Shown: positions 1 through 14,520 of the stretch, in pieces
Numbering within the stretch: the first letter of the stretch is position 1
Layout of the letters: every line of letters starts with the position of its first letter
Source of the DNA: Bigelowiella natans CCMP2755
Taxonomy: Eukaryota > Protista > Cercozoa
Reading direction: 5' to 3'
NCBI GenBank assembly: GCA_000320545.1
Contig: ADNK01003187.1
Location: 1-39,761 of the forward strand
DNA: 39,761 nucleotides
The notes under the pieces: generated by a model
Told to the model about the DNA's origin: nothing
Databases searched by the model: none
The model's input: the letters and a program-made list of their open reading frames with translations, nothing else
Translations under genes and position numbers: made by a program

Positions 1-149
1 TCTCCCCCCCTCTCACGCACTCTCTGTAGCATCGATAAATCATTATAAATGGGTGCCAGCACCCCCACCCAGCACGGAAAGCCCAACAAGCTTCAATGTC
101 CCCGGCCCAGTGTGAAGATCGGGCATGCAATCTGAACATGGTGTGCATG

Positions 150-189
<40 letters not shown>

Positions 190-503
190 ATTAGAAAGAA
201 TATACAGCTTTCGCAAACAGGGAAATACGCGATTTCACGAAGATTATCAAGAGGATAGGGGAGTTGGGGGGGGAGGGGGGGGCAACTAAGGCTGCTTTAG
301 ACTTTACCAGAATAAGACCAAGAAACACAGCTATTGATCGATAGAAAGACTCGTTGTCCTGTCATTTTATGCATACGTAACATGTGGAATTAGGGTAAGG
401 TAGGAGGACGCGCTATGAGGCAATTTAGTGCGGCCAATGCACGCAGTTTATGCACATTTCTATATACGTGCTGTGCAGTAAAGATCCTCCTCTCTCTTTC
501 ACA

Positions 504-552
<49 letters not shown>

Positions 553-578
553 GCACACGCACACGCACACGCACACAT

Positions 579-616
<38 letters not shown>

Positions 617-1070
617 ACACACATAGACAATCGCCTCGCACCTTCTTCTGCAGCGCTGTGTTAAAATTCCTACTTGCGTACGAGAAGCCGACAAATACCG
701 AGACCTTATATGTCAAAAACCCACAAACACGCCACATTCGTTAGCGAGGCAGCACAACGCTCAATCCTTACGCAAGCAAGCATGCACCGCACCGCCACTC
801 CCCTGCGCCCCCCGCCCCCCTCCCCTCCCCCCTCCCGGAGCCATCCTCTCTTAATCTTACTTGGAACAACGTCAATATCACAGTGGAGATGGAGAGGCAC
901 CAGGCCTTAGCGCTGATGATTGATTTATCGATCGGAATGGAGACGTGCGTGCGTGTTTTTATTCCATTTAAGTATAGTCATGCGGTGCGGTGTAGGGAAC
1001 GTGGTGGCAGGGGGGGCTGACTGATGGCACGTGTTTGTAATTTCGGTCCCTGTTGTAAACGGAAGATTTC

Positions 1071-1114
<44 letters not shown>

Positions 1115-1825
1115 GATAGATAGATAGATTGGCACCGCATACACATGACGCTATACACTGATAGTCACACACCGAATCCCCCTCTCGCAAAAGAATGGCT
1201 TCCCAATCGACGCCCAGTTTGGGAACAAAGACAAAAACCCTGTAATACGAGCAAATATCTTGTGTTTAAGGGGGGCGGGGGGGAGGAGATGGTTCGGAGC
1301 ATGTTGGTAGAACCTTCAAATTTGCGATTCGGGTCAACGGGCAAACTAGCGGCAGTGTCAGAATCCAGTCGCCTCGGCTGCTCAGCGCCATTGTCTTCTT
1401 CTCGTCCTCGAGCGAGGAAAGGGCGTTTCTGCATGGGCCGAGCAATGATGAGGAGGGGGCGGGATTGTCATGGAATTCAAGGGGAAAACGAAGCAGAGCA
1501 TATATCGCTCCAAAGACAGAGCTGCCTTGTGATCTGTACACTCACGAATGCTGCTGTTGTATCACTACCTCGTCATCTTCTGGGTCCTTGGAATCATGCT
1601 AGCGAAGGGTATGTGATATTATTATTGTCATTGCGTGGAAGTAGTCAGCCGATATATTGAGGGCATATCACACATGTGCGTAGTCGTATTTTACTGCATC
1701 GTGTATATATTTGCATGCACAAATCTCGTCATCATGATAACAATAATAATATTAATAATCATCATTATCATCATCATCATCATGATTCACATGAGTATCG
1801 AATATAACACGTGTGCGCTTTTACA

Positions 1826-1900
<75 letters not shown>

Positions 1901-1973
1901 ACCTCTCTATACATGAACACACACATGTGTGTGTGTGGCGTGTGTATTAGTGTGTGACTCAGTGAGTCCTGAG

Positions 1974-2022
<49 letters not shown>

Positions 2023-2900
2023 CGGAGGGGGGGGGGGTGATCGCTTCTATGTATCGAGGGTGGTTTATTGTGGCCATTATTGGCAGATTCCCACCCCTCT
2101 ATGAAGCGGTGGGTACATGTCTTTTGTGTCCCCCTGCATCGTTGCGTTGGTTGGGTGGGATGACTTCTGTGCTCGCTTATATCCTATCTCTGTCCTCTTG
2201 CGTGCTACCGTAGTGGATCGGAGAGAATTAAGACTCGAAATTCTATCAACTGACGATGCTAAAATGCATGCTTTTACCGTATTCACGCTGTGTATACCAA
2301 TCACAGAAGTGACTGTCCGCAGACACCGATGAATGTATGCGCGAAATCTTCAGAGCAACACGTGCACGGATGTGGATACTGCAAGCGACAAATGACATGC
2401 GATCGTGCATAGGTGCAGGGATAAATGGGGTGGGGGGGGGGAAGAGGGTGTGTGTGTAATGTGCATTCGGGGAGGGAGTTAACTGTAGAAACAGGCACTA
2501 ACCTCTGCCTCTCCCTCTCTCCACAAAAGCTGCTACGGTGTTGTGAGAACGTCGACTGGACGAGTTCCTGGGGTAGGCCTTCTGTTCGCCTGAGGAAATT
2601 GCCTTTATTTATAGAGAAAACCGCGTCAATTTCCTGTCGCAATGTGAAAACCACAAGGAGAATCACCCGGCGGCCGAACCGGGGCCGTGACAGCCAGTGG
2701 TTTCCAGAACGGAATCGAAAAAGGTCTGCGAGATGGCGGAATCCATCGCAGCATACCATGTCGTAGATGTATTTATTCGCGGGTTTAAATCCGTTCGACT
2801 AGTTAGCTCCAGGTGGGCGATTTTCCCCTCCAATGCCACCAAAATCTTCCCCAAATCCTTTGTCGCGAGGATTGTCATCATTCATTGCAAAAATAAAAAT
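1..2900 (-). CDS. ABC transporter D-family (ABC_membrane_2-type) protein, multi-exon; 3' part lies outside the window, 5' exons uncertain
   Basis: Manual splicing of minus-strand exons (~1170-1240, ~860-905, ~638-703, ~307-357, ~100-135) gives GFLSLFPNWASIGKPFF..GLCLSISTVILTLFQ|VSVFVGFSYASRNFNTALQKK|DNESFYRSIAVFLGLIL|IACPIFTL. This resembles the first TM segments of ABCD/YddA-type transporters (V.F.Y..R.F..AL..KD...F). The start codon is not resolved. Confidence 0.6.
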
Positions 2901-3776
2901 ATCATGGGCGATTGTTGTTTTTATATGTTGCACCAGGAATATCAACGAAGGTTCTCGTTCGGTAAATTTCTAAAGTTTCCTCAGATTTTAAGGATGCGAC
3001 CTTTAACCATTATATCACTATGTCGCGTAATTATTGTCCCCGATTAAAGTCGCATGCGACTTCGAATGGACAAAACTAATGAATTCAGGTTTACGAATTC
3101 GTACAGGACTTCTACAGATCTACAAGTACATTGATCTCGAGCAAATGACTGCAACTAATAAATAAACAGGGCTAATAAATTGTCTCATGGTTTCATCCCT
3201 TCGAAAAAATGCAAATACAGTTGTGGCGCACATGTATTTGATGTCGCCGTGCAGAATCACATGTGATTTTAACGTAGATGTCTTTTCTACCAAAAATTAA
3301 GATCCATTTTCCCAGCTCAGAGCTGTTCTTGCTCTTCGAGACGACGTTTCGCTTCGATTTTCAGCGTTTCCACAATATTTCGATGTTTCGAGGGGTTTAC
3401 TTCCCTACGGCAACAGCATTTTGCGGAAAAGCCGTTCGATTCCCCTTTTCAAACTTCGTAGAAGTATCTCGGTGAATGGCCCGAAGGCGGAACCCGCGCG
3501 GAGACTTTCCCTTCAGCCCTTCAGGCTTTGTGCACGTTGCGACAACCGCAAGATTTCCTGTCGCGTTCAAATGATCCCCTCAAATCTCTTGTGTGAAGCA
3601 CGTTCAAGCTCGCTTCTGCGTCCGAACGGGCGTGGTCTGCAATCTGTGAGTTATGGGAGATCAGTGAGACCTGTAGACAGATCTATAGACAAGAGGCCCT
3701 CTCTCACGGACATTGTGCAGCGCGCATTGGGCAAGGCCTCCCACCCAGTCTGGCCACAGACAAAGCCCATCAGAGC

Positions 3777-4352
3777 ATGGAGGAACCAAATCAGGAGCGA
3801 GTGGGGCCAAAGCGCACATCTCCAATGAAAGCACAGGCAACGCCGTCAACTCCGTCATCATCCAAACCTGTGCATCGCAGAACGATCTCGAGGAATGGAA
3901 AGCGTCGAAGTTCTTCTGCATTCACTCAAGTTTCCCAAAGTCCTGTTGTCATCAACGGGTACAGCCTTCAATCGAGTCCTATATGCTCAATAAGGAGGAA
4001 GCGTCGGGGGGTATCCTATTCATTTACCCCGATTGTGCACACTCCACGCACGTCATCCTTCGAGAATGACCAGTCCTGGCCAAATAAATCTTGTTGCACG
4101 CTCAATGGGAGTATGACTAAAGCATCAATGCATAGATTCTGCAAGAGATTTGCAAAGGGGGTGAATTTTAAAACAACAACTTTGCAGAGCACCCCGGTCA
4201 AAGCTAAGCCCCCCCAACGGACGTTCACGAACGAGCTGTTGCTAAAACCATCGATGCAGGTCTTCAGGCCTATCCCGGTTCGTGTCCTGTTTGTAGGATC
4301 GACGATGGAGACAGGGCAGCCCGTGTTTACCCATTACGACAAAGAGCTTTAA
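3777..4352 (+). CDS. Hypothetical S/T/P/R-rich protein (191 aa, intronless)
   Basis: ATG-initiated 191-aa ORF free of microsatellites, in TA-containing sequence. No recognisable domain. Confidence 0.3.
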   Translation: MEEPNQERVGPKRTSPMKAQATPSTPSSSKPVHRRTISRNGKRRSSSAFTQVSQSPVVINGYSLQSSPICSIRRKRRGVSYSFTPIVHTPRTSSFENDQSWPNKSCCTLNGSMTKASMHRFCKRFAKGVNFKTTTLQSTPVKAKPPQRTFTNELLLKPSMQVFRPIPVRVLFVGSTMETGQPVFTHYDKEL

Positions 4353-5599
4353 GACCATCGATCGGCACGAATAGCCTTTGTTGCTACCGAAATGTTACCG
4401 GATATTCAGTTTATCAGATAAAACTATAATGCAGACGAAATAAACTGTTTCAAGCCTCATCTTTTCGATGGTGCGCGCTACTCTATTTACATAGTTACGC
4501 AATAATATTGTATATAGCACCCCTGAAAAAAATAATGTGTTCTACATGATGCTGTCACAGCACAATTTTATTAAAGATAGAAAATAGAAAATGGAAAGAA
4601 TGACCAGAATTTAATTTGTTATTATAAGAGTTGTCTACGTATACAATTGATCTCGCCCTTTCACGGATAAAGGGAAAACCTGAACAATTCCGCGTTTTGG
4701 AAGCGCCCGACTGATACTGCCGGGTACAATTGTACATGGAGTACTTGCGTCACGGTGCGACCTTCTGGGGCGACTATACGACTAGCTTGCGAAATATGAA
4801 TTCTGCACTATTTCGACATGTGGAAGCTGGAGAACTTGCTTGTGCAGGCTCTTTTATTTCGATGACGCTCGCTTTGAAATAAGTGTGCACATTGCATCGA
4901 TCAGTTGCATCATAGCACATAGCACGCTGTATGCATCACACGGCGCACAAATGGGGCACGTAAAGCATCGATACAGATTGTCTGAAAGAAGCACAATGCC
5001 CATCCATCTTCATTGACATCAAAGTTGCAAAGTGCTGGACTAGTGCAAATGGCGCACGTACTGCGATCTTAATGAGCAACGTGCATCCTATAATAGACAC
5101 AGTAATATCATATATAGTACATATATAGTATATATATGGTATTACATGTCTATAATTCCTGACATTTCACACTTCCGTGCTGTGACTAACAGCACATTGA
5201 CCGCAGCAATTGCTATAGATTTGTTTCTTGTCACATTTCGGCCATTGCATCTGGCTAGCCACGGCTTTGCACAGCTACATTGTTAGATGACAATTGAACA
5301 TAATCCAATCACACTGGTTGTGATTACACCCATCTCACATTTGGCACAGTATATAAGACAAAATCAACAAAGCATGCTTTTGGTCATGTAGTAACCAATA
5401 GCACGCGCATACATGTGCTATCACAATGCGATGGCTACGATATGCGTATAACAGTCATGCAACATTACATTTAATAGAGAAGTTAATTCTGTCCTCGTTT
5501 ATTTCAGACAAAATGTGGTCATTAGCATTACGCTATGCAACCTTCTTGATCCGAATTTGATAATCGGCAAATCAGGCCTTTCGTTTCTTCATAGACTCT

Positions 5600-8500
5600 T
5601 TGTTGGAATGAAGAGTTCCCTGTGAAGGGATGGGGCTGGGCGATCTCGCGCATGTTGAAATATGTCCCTGGGCGCACCTAAAATAGAGCCACACAAACGA
5701 ATGAAATGAAGTCGTGGACGGAAACAACAAACTTTGCTGGCGCGTGGCGGCCTAAAACTGAGAGCTTTATAGCCCTGTCATTGAAACCTCGAGAAACTTA
5801 ATTTTGGGATGCATCGGCAATGGACGGAGGCGTATATGTCGCGCAGGATGCGCTTCACACTCGACGATGTTACACTGTGTTTTCTCGTTGTACCGGGGGG
5901 GGGTCTGAGAGAAGATACGCAGCTGTGCGCGCCACTTTCAGCGGCTCGACAAAGAACATCCGCTTCATCAACCAGTAAATAGGAAACAGCAAGCTGGGAA
6001 CGGAGTCCTCACCGAGGCCGGTGTCCACCTAACGCGCACACCGCAATTATTATGAAGAAGAGGGGAACGATCATTCAGAACTGGCGGCTGTGTGTGGACA
6101 CGCAAAATCTCTCTCAACCTAATTCTCCGGGGGGGGTTACCAAACCATATCCCCACCATTTCTTCCCCTTTCTGTTCTCCTCCCCCTCCCCCCGTACTCA
6201 TTACCGGCCCAGGATTCCAATAAACGATGAATGGTTTCTTCGGGTTCATGCCAGCTCCTCCCCTCCAGGACGATGCTCTGAGCCCTTCGAGCCTTTCGCG
6301 TAAGGAGGTTGATCACGGGATGACAAAGCTACAGCAGCAGCAGCAGCTGCACTCTTTGCGATCATCTCAATGCACAAACAATCCCATTTCCTGGAGACTC
6401 TCTTTTGTTTCGATTGCAGCAGCAGCCAAGCCCAGTGGCAAAACGTCGGGGAAAAAAATGCCAAACAAGACACGCGTTATGACCCAGTATCTGCGATGCG
6501 CGTCGTGTGCATGCACTTAACCTACCAGGACTGTAGCAGAAACTTGGATTGGCCGTCTAAGGAAAAATAAGTGTGAGAGCGTTTGTGTCTAAGCGCGCGC
6601 GCGCGCGTGTGTGTGCGTGTGTGTGTGTGTGTTGCTTATGTCTGTGAACGAGAGAGGAAGAGAGAGTGGGAGAGAGAGAAAAGCAAAATGTTGTAATTAG
6701 TGCTGTTGTTGTTGTTGTTGTTGATGAGATCTAGCCTGCCATATCGGCGACATATATCATCAATATGGTGAGAGGCAGCAGCGATGTGTGTCTGTGGTTA
6801 CAACATAGGCTCATGGCGTTGGTTGCAGAAGCTTCATCCTGCCCCCGATGACGACGACGATGATGATGATGATGTCAAATGAAGGAGCGGAGGGGGGAGA
6901 CCGCACACCGATTGACCAACCCGCCGATTCGCACATGATATCGTGAAAACAGTGATAGTTATCATTTATGAAGTCATTCATACTAGCTCGATGGAACACT
7001 AATTCTCACCCAGATGGGAAATGACTCGGGATCTCCGAGAACGTGCGCCCCAGAAGTTACCTGGACAATTTTCAGCCGTGTTTATTGCGTACTCGATTCG
7101 ACGATATGACAGCGGCAGCACGCAGGACTAGGAGGAGGAGGAGGAGGAAGGGGAGAGGACTTGCTGATCCGATGTGGAATGGAGCGAGGGGGATAGGAGG
7201 GGATGATAAAGATATTTGTCTGGAAAATTGAGTACTACCACGATAATGGAGGTATCCTTATTGACCAGGTTTGCTTTCAGATGATGGAGGAGGAGGAGGA
7301 GGAGAAAAATGAGAACACGAAAAGTGCTTCGCAAAAGCCGTTTTAATTCACAAAACTATCTATCTCTAATCGGGGTAATGCATTGCCATTGCACCGTTGC
7401 TATGGTCGATGTCGCGCCAGTCAGGCATGCATTTCGTCGGGATTGTGCATTCGATTAGCAAAGGGCAAGGAGGGGGAGTGTTGGCTCGCCCTCGATAAAG
7501 CGGGGGAAACAGAGCGCCATGTCGCTCTCACTCACCCCGAAGCAGCGAATCGAGGAGATACACGTTTCCTACAAAGTTTACGCCGAGGATTGGGTTCATG
7601 CCAGTCTCACGGTCCTGATGACGACAACATAGCTGGCAGATTAGTTTTGAGGAAAAAGCCTTCGAGCAAGTAAGGAACAGCAAGCGGTTGGTGCTACCTG
7701 GGGCACGATTCCGGCCACCGCAGCGTTGAGGACGATGGTGTTTACCCCCGCGTCGGTCGCAGACGTCGACTTCGATTTGAGTTCCTCCACAAATCTATCG
7801 ATCGAGGCAAAGGAGCCGAGATCCAGCTCCGCCGTTCCCACGCTGGGATGAAATTGAAGGAGGAGAAATGTGGGGGGGGGGGGGGGGGGGGGCGATTATG
7901 GAGGATACAAACGGTAGCGGTTACTTTTATAAGTACTGACAATTTTGAGGGCTGAAAAAGTCCTTGCTCTCAAAGAACAAAACATGTTAAGGATATCACA
8001 TTCGATTCACAAACCCACCGTGGCCCCAAGCCGCCGCCCTCTAATTTCCCGTTGCCAGATTCTCTCGCGATGATCTACCGAACCGTGAAAAACGATACGC
8101 GATCAGCTTGGCATAAGCAGCACACAACACAAACAAATTCAGCATCCCCATCGGCAAATATGAGGGGAATTTCCGAGGGTGAGAAGCGCAAACAGCAGCT
8201 TATAGGAAAAGCAAGGCAGTCAATGGATTGCGCGCTCCCATCTGCCAATTTGCTGAGCGAGACCGCACAAAAAAAAAACAACCTCTGCAGCCGCAGTTCT
8301 GCAGCGCTCTATGTTCCTTCCAGTCATCAAGACGCTGTCCGCATGATTCTGACAGACGCGTGCGAGAGATTCGCCAGGAGGCGATTTCAGAGTCATCAGT
8401 ATTATCGAGGAGCGTGAGCAATGGTGGAGGTGCATTGTGCCAAATATGGGTCGAGAAGGAGGGGGATTAGGAGGACGAGGAGGAGGGGGGGACGCTGAAC

Positions 8501-9080
8501 GACCGCATACACACGAAACATGAGATGCGGAGGAAATGCCACAATTGTGATCACCTCGAGTAGAACTTGCGAAATTGCCTTTCCTAAGCCTGGTATCATC
8601 GCACGAAACAAACAAACACTGTTCAAGACTTCATGCTTACATCTTCGCCTTCAACTGGAGGCTGTTATTGTCCGGAACCAACCAAACTCATACCTCGGTT
8701 TGCCCCAGTCACGAGAGCCCTTCTTCCGACAAGATCGGCCCCCTCGAATGGCTTTCACACCAAACGGTTATTATCATTATCATAGTCAGCCATTTTTTAC
8801 CCCCCTCTTCCGTTGATTCGATGTGACGTCTACTACCAGGTCAGCCTGGAACTTTTGTTTAATAAGATCCATGAAGACAGTCGGGCCCCCAGCCATCGCC
8901 ACCATGATGGCAAAGACTGCGATCACAAGTGACGATGATAGATACACCACCCGCTTCAACATCTCTTCGGAAGGGTTCCGCCACGGCTGTGCAGATCGAC
9001 CGTCGTCGCTCCAGTCCGGGAATGGAGACGCACATAATTCTCGTAAGAAATCGCAAGATTTTCATTGTCGCAGGATACAA
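5600..9080 (-). CDS. Short-chain dehydrogenase/reductase (retinol dehydrogenase/WWOX-like SDR), multi-exon, ends approximate
   Basis: Exons encode LVGRRALVTGANR|GLGKAISQVLLE (TGxxxGxG, ~8560-8740), ELDLGSFASIDRFVEEL..TIVLNAAVAG (7700-7840), GVNFVGNVYLLDSLL (~7545-7605), SGAH (~7045), YG|..SKFLL (YxxxK-like, ~6740/6540) and NPGPV (~6200). A hydrophobic N-terminal segment lies at ~8880-8950. Confidence 0.8.
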
Positions 9081-9880
9081 TTCGGACCATTATCGACGAC
9101 TTTGCGCTCCACAGCGTGGGGCCAAATCGCATCCGGTGGACATCCTAGATCTAGCAACAAATACTACCGGTCTGGGTCCAGCGCGGCCGCAGATTAGACT
9201 TATAGATTAGAATTCGGTCGAAGTTGATGTCGCAAGAGGGATAGTGCAGGGGATTTATGGAAATTTCTTTCTGATATTTTGGAACAAAATTAATGCCGAA
9301 AACATCTATCGTCTCCCTATGACGAGGACCAACGGAGAAAGGGTTCATAATCCCGAAAGGTTGATCTCGCGGGAGGGAGAGAGGGGGGGAGGACGAGGGG
9401 TGCCCAGAGTCCTTTGAATCATCCAATGTACATGCTCGACCTAACCACCCTTTTCAAACAGAAGTTGATGTTTCTACGCTGGCCTGGGCTAGCAATCGCC
9501 GGTCTATTATCAATTTCAGGTTGGTTCCGAGGGGGGTGGGAGATTAGTACCCTATGCACTGCAAGTAGTGAGTTCAACGATTGGTGCTGAAATGACGAGC
9601 TTTCGAGGCGGGGAATAGTAGTTTATATTTCAATTGGCACGAAGAACATGATAGACGGGAAAATTTTGAGAACAACGCAGCGCTTCGCTTCTTCATAATA
9701 AACATGTTCATCGCTCTCCACGCCCGCCTCTATTTTAGAACCGATGCTAAGCGCCAGAGCCTCGTCGTCGATCGTGAGAGGGAGATCATCACCTTGGTTC
9801 TCTATTCCAGCACGGTTGTGAGTAACGTGAAACTGAGTGGATTTGCCCGACCCTAACTTTCTTCTCCCCCCCTCACCCAG

Positions 9881-10632
9881 CAGCCTCAAACCACTACACA
9901 GTCGCAGGGGGGTCAGTATCAGGAGAAGGGGGCAAGCTACGACACCGCGAGCCGCAAACGGTGACTGGAAAAGGATGATGCCCTTCCGTCTTCAAGCAAA
10001 CCCGTCCTCCTTTTCTGCCCGCCGATGGGCCGGGTTGGAAAGAGCGAAGGGCTGTAGTCGCCGCCGCTTCCTCTCTCGTGCTGCTGCTGACATGGGAAGC
10101 ATGGACGAGGACGAAGAGGCTTTGAAGATTTTCTACGGGCAGGGCATCCCTATGGCAGAACTTGGACTAAACGCAGCTCTCGTCAAGGTAGAGGGTCGTC
10201 ACAAAAACATCAATATTGCAATAATATATATATATGGAAAGAAGGCCTCGAGGAGTCTACCTTGTCGAGACGCCTCGTCAGATATCTACGAGTACAACGC
10301 ACACACACGCGCTAAATGCACAGGCCATGGGCTCGATGGGAGTGACGAAGTCCACTGCAATTCAAGGTTTATCCCAACTGGGAACGATGAAGATGCTAGA
10401 TTGTAGCTTTCCGGCATTGCCCCGTATTGATTGGAATGTTAGAGTTAGAGTAGTCATCTGACCGAGGTGACCTCCATTTTCGCAGGTGCTGCGATTCCAA
10501 AGATTCTGACCAGCGACACGACAGTAGTGATGGGCGCGGAGACGGGCAGCGGAAAGACGCTAGCCTACCTACTTCCGGTCTTAAACAAGGTGCATTGTGT
10601 TTGTGTTTGTTGAGTTGCACTATGGCGGAGGG

Positions 10633-10669
<37 letters not shown>

Positions 10670-11197
10670 ACACCCACACCCACACACATATTACAGCGAA
10701 GACTTCTGATCTCGAATGTTTCTCCTTGCTACTTCCACAAAAAAAAAATAAAAAAAAGATTCTTGGAACTAGGGCCTCCTCCCAACCCGCTGGGGAAGAA
10801 AGCGAGATCACCACCACGGAGGAGGGCGAGAGCAAAGGCGACACACCCGTAAGGGCGACCGAGGAAGGCTATGGAGACGAGGAAATGCAATCAGCAGCAC
10901 TTTCTTCTTCCCCATACTCCTCTCCTCCTTCTAAACAGCGCCAGTGGCAAATGTACCCCCACGCCGTCGTCCTTACCCCAAATCGCGATCTATGCGAGCA
11001 AGCGGCGCGCATGGCTCGAGAGGTGGCGGAGGCTCTGGCAACGAGCAGCAGTGATGATAGCGGCGGCAGCGCCGATGCCCTTCGCGTGTTCTCTGTGCAT
11101 GGCTCGGAGAGAGACTGGCCGTTCCGACCGAACCTGCCCGCCCCTGATATCTTGGTTTGCACGCCTAAGATGCTCCGGCAGCACGTCAGGGTGAGAA

Positions 11198-11233
<36 letters not shown>

Positions 11234-11899
11234 GGGAGGAGGGGGAGGGGGGGGGGGGGGGGGAGGCTGGTGGTGGTGGCACTGATGACGACGATGGCAG
11301 TGACAAGGCCAATCAAGGATGGAAAAATCGCATCGTTCATTAGAGCGCATTGACGTCGCCATTTTCTCGATGTCTGCGGTTACAGATCATATACTTAACG
11401 TTTTTGTTGTTTTCGATGTTGCGAGCGATGATAAACGGCCCCCTGCGCATTCCTTTTGCGATGCATTCTGGCAGGATTTGGATCTTTTTGCGGAGATCGA
11501 GACTTTAGTGATCGATGAGGCAGATATGCTGCTGGACCGGGGAGGATACGAGTAAGTAACAATCGTCTGTTAATGCAAATGTATTCACGTTTCTCTCCCC
11601 CGCCCCCCCCCTTCTCCCCCGTTCGATTAAAAGCCATCATGGATAAAGACACACACACACGCGCACACGCACATGCACGCACAGACAAGCGCAAATTGTC
11701 TATATACTCGATGATAAAACGCACTCCTCGCAATCCGTGCTGCTACTATTCCCAGAAACGACATCAACGAGATCCTGGTCGCGTTCAAGCGTGCGAATCG
11801 AACGCTGGAATACAACAAACGGTGAGCGCAAATCAACCGTGGTGGCAAAAGAAACACGTGTCCGATGTATCTGGTTCGAAATCATGATCTTCCCTCCCC

Positions 11900-11931
<32 letters not shown>

Positions 11932-12087
11932 TTATCTCTCCCTGAGGAAATTCAAGTAATTTAAAAATAAAATTCGATGATTTCTTTCGCGCAGGACGCA
12001 AGTGATTCTGTCGGCCGCCACGATCCCTACGATGGGACTCAAATCTATGGAGGTGCTAGTCATAATGTCATTTGCGTTTTTGAACAT

Positions 12088-12142
<55 letters not shown>

Positions 12143-12380
12143 ATATTACATTTATTTAATTATAAGGTTGCGTGAGTGGGGGTGTTTGTGCGTTTTGGAG
12201 TTTCTTTGATTGTGGAGAGCATAGCTATGACTCTCTTTCCTCTTCATGGCAGAAATTCATCGAGAAACGCTTCCGGGATGCAATACATGTAAGCAGCGCG
12301 CGCCACCCATTGAAGAGCACTCTCGGAATATATTATCTAGCATTATATTGTCAAGATATTAGAAATATATCTATGTGTGT

Positions 12381-12420
<40 letters not shown>

Positions 12421-12846
12421 TGCATGTGTGGTTGTGTGTAATAGCGTTGATGTAATATTGTCCATCGTTTACCATGAGCGCATTTATGATATATGACCCA
12501 TTTAAAGATAAGGGCAGACTTGATGCATAAACACCACCCCTCCACAAAGCAAGTCTTCTTCAAGACGGAGACGGCTGATATCGAGGAGAGGGTGAGAGAG
12601 AATAAGAAGCCAGTGAAAATGAATTAGATTGTGTATGTGTATGTGTATGTGTGTGTGTGTGTGTGTGTGTGAGTGTGAGTGTGTGTGTGGGTGTGTGAGT
12701 GTGACGCAAAACGTCAAATCACATCCAATAGTTTGCATCATATCTGCACTACTACAGGCCGAGTTAATCTTCGAGGCAATCCAGGACGAGAGTGAGAAGT
12801 ACCCCAAAACCATCGTCTTTGCCAATTCGGCTCGCGACGCGCAGAG

Positions 12847-12888
<42 letters not shown>

Positions 12889-12900
12889 TCATATAATGTA

Positions 12901-12935
<35 letters not shown>

Positions 12936-13131
12936 GTGTAGGTGTGTGCTTGTGTTTATATGCTGCTCCCTCTATTTTCCAATTGCGTCGATGAGAAAAA
13001 GCGTACTCACTCTCGTTAGCATTGCCATGAAACGAGCGTGTGTATACAGCATAGCCGAAGAGCTCATGGAGCGTTTCGAGGACCCCTCGCTCGTGTTTCC
13101 TTACCACAAGGTTATTATTATGCATATATTC

Positions 13132-13170
<39 letters not shown>

Positions 13171-13330
13171 CTGCGACCAGAGGGACGATGAAAGTGATAA
13201 GCCTTTCTCCTCCCCCACCCCCTCATATTTCAGGACGTTCCTTCGTATGAGCGCGATACCGTTATAGAGAACTTCCGCAACACGTAATTCAGCGCCTACA
13301 TTGCGCTCGACCACACACATACACATACTG

Positions 13331-13384
<54 letters not shown>

Positions 13385-13714
13385 CATATTACGATTGATA
13401 AGCATATCCTGTGAGGCTTACGGCATGATGGCTGTTATTTAGGGCTAACGGTGTGCTCGTCTGCACGGATCTTGGTGCATAGCTTCAAACACAGAAGAAG
13501 AACAAGAAGAAGAAGAAGATGATGATGATGAAGGAAACGATTTCTCTCTCTCTCTGTCTCTCTCCCTCTCTCTCTCCTTCTCTTCCTCTCCTTCTCTTCC
13601 TTTCCCTCGTTATTGGTTGGTATGGTCGTGATGTGCGATGATACTACTCGTAAGGGGCGAGAGGGCTGGACATTCCAGATGTCAGGCACGTGGTGCAGGT
13701 AAGCCACGTATGAT

Positions 13715-13753
<39 letters not shown>

Positions 13754-14520
13754 AGCACTAGCCCAAAGCTACATACACACATTCACATACACACATACTC
13801 ACACTACCACAAAATTGAAATGTAAAGCGAAACCGCGTCTCTTCGCAATCACTCACAATAGACACGGTGTGACACTACAAGACGCTTACTTCTCTTCCTA
13901 CTCCCCACCCCCCCCCCCCCCCCCCTCCACCCACCAGGCCCAATTCGCGACTAATGTCGTCCAGCATTTACACAGGTGCTCTACTCGAACAAGCAGAAGA
14001 ATATGAACTACTTAGACTGATATCCAAATGAGGCAAAAAGCATAAAGCCTACCCTTCTGTTACTCTTTCCAATATCGTCGTCATTCGTATTCGTTCTTAC
14101 CCCCTCCTCCTTTCCTACTAGAATTGGGCGCGCCACTCGCGCGGGGAGAGCAGGTCGCGCAACGAACTTCTACGATGAAAGCAACCAAGATCTAGTGGAT
14201 GCCATCCAGGTGACTAAGTGAAGTACTGAGAAGGGGAGGAGGGAGGGGGGGGTCAGGAGAATGGTGAGCAGGAATATACCGGTGAAGCTAACAGTGACAT
14301 TATTCTCCTCAATTCATTCACTCCAACATCTATTCTCGATTATTCAACATCGAGTAAATGCCTCCTTTTCTCTCTCTCTCTACAGGACGCAGGAGAAGAT
14401 AGTCTGGATCATTCGTTTAGTCGAAGGAGGGGGTTCCGAAAAACAGTTAAGCGCTATGGGAAGAAGTTCTATAAGGGCGGGAAGAAGCCGCAGGGGAGTA
14501 TGCGCAAGAGCGAAGAGTAG
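9881..14520 (+). CDS. DEAD-box RNA helicase (organellar RH22/DDX28-like), multi-exon; true start may be further upstream
   Basis: Motifs in successive exons: Q-motif (ELGL..STAIQ), AETGSGKTLAYLLP (~10535-10580), VLTPNRDL, ILVCTP, LVIDEADMLL (~11505-11535), LSAATIP, TIVFANS, VCTDL|GARGLDIPDVRHVVQ, HLH|RIGRATRAG and FSRRRGFRK. Stop TAG at 14518-14520. Confidence 0.92.

Noticed and set aside
415-2213. ORFs with HTHT/VCVC/RERE/IYIY runs (also throughout the window)
   Set aside because: These are translations of intronic microsatellites.
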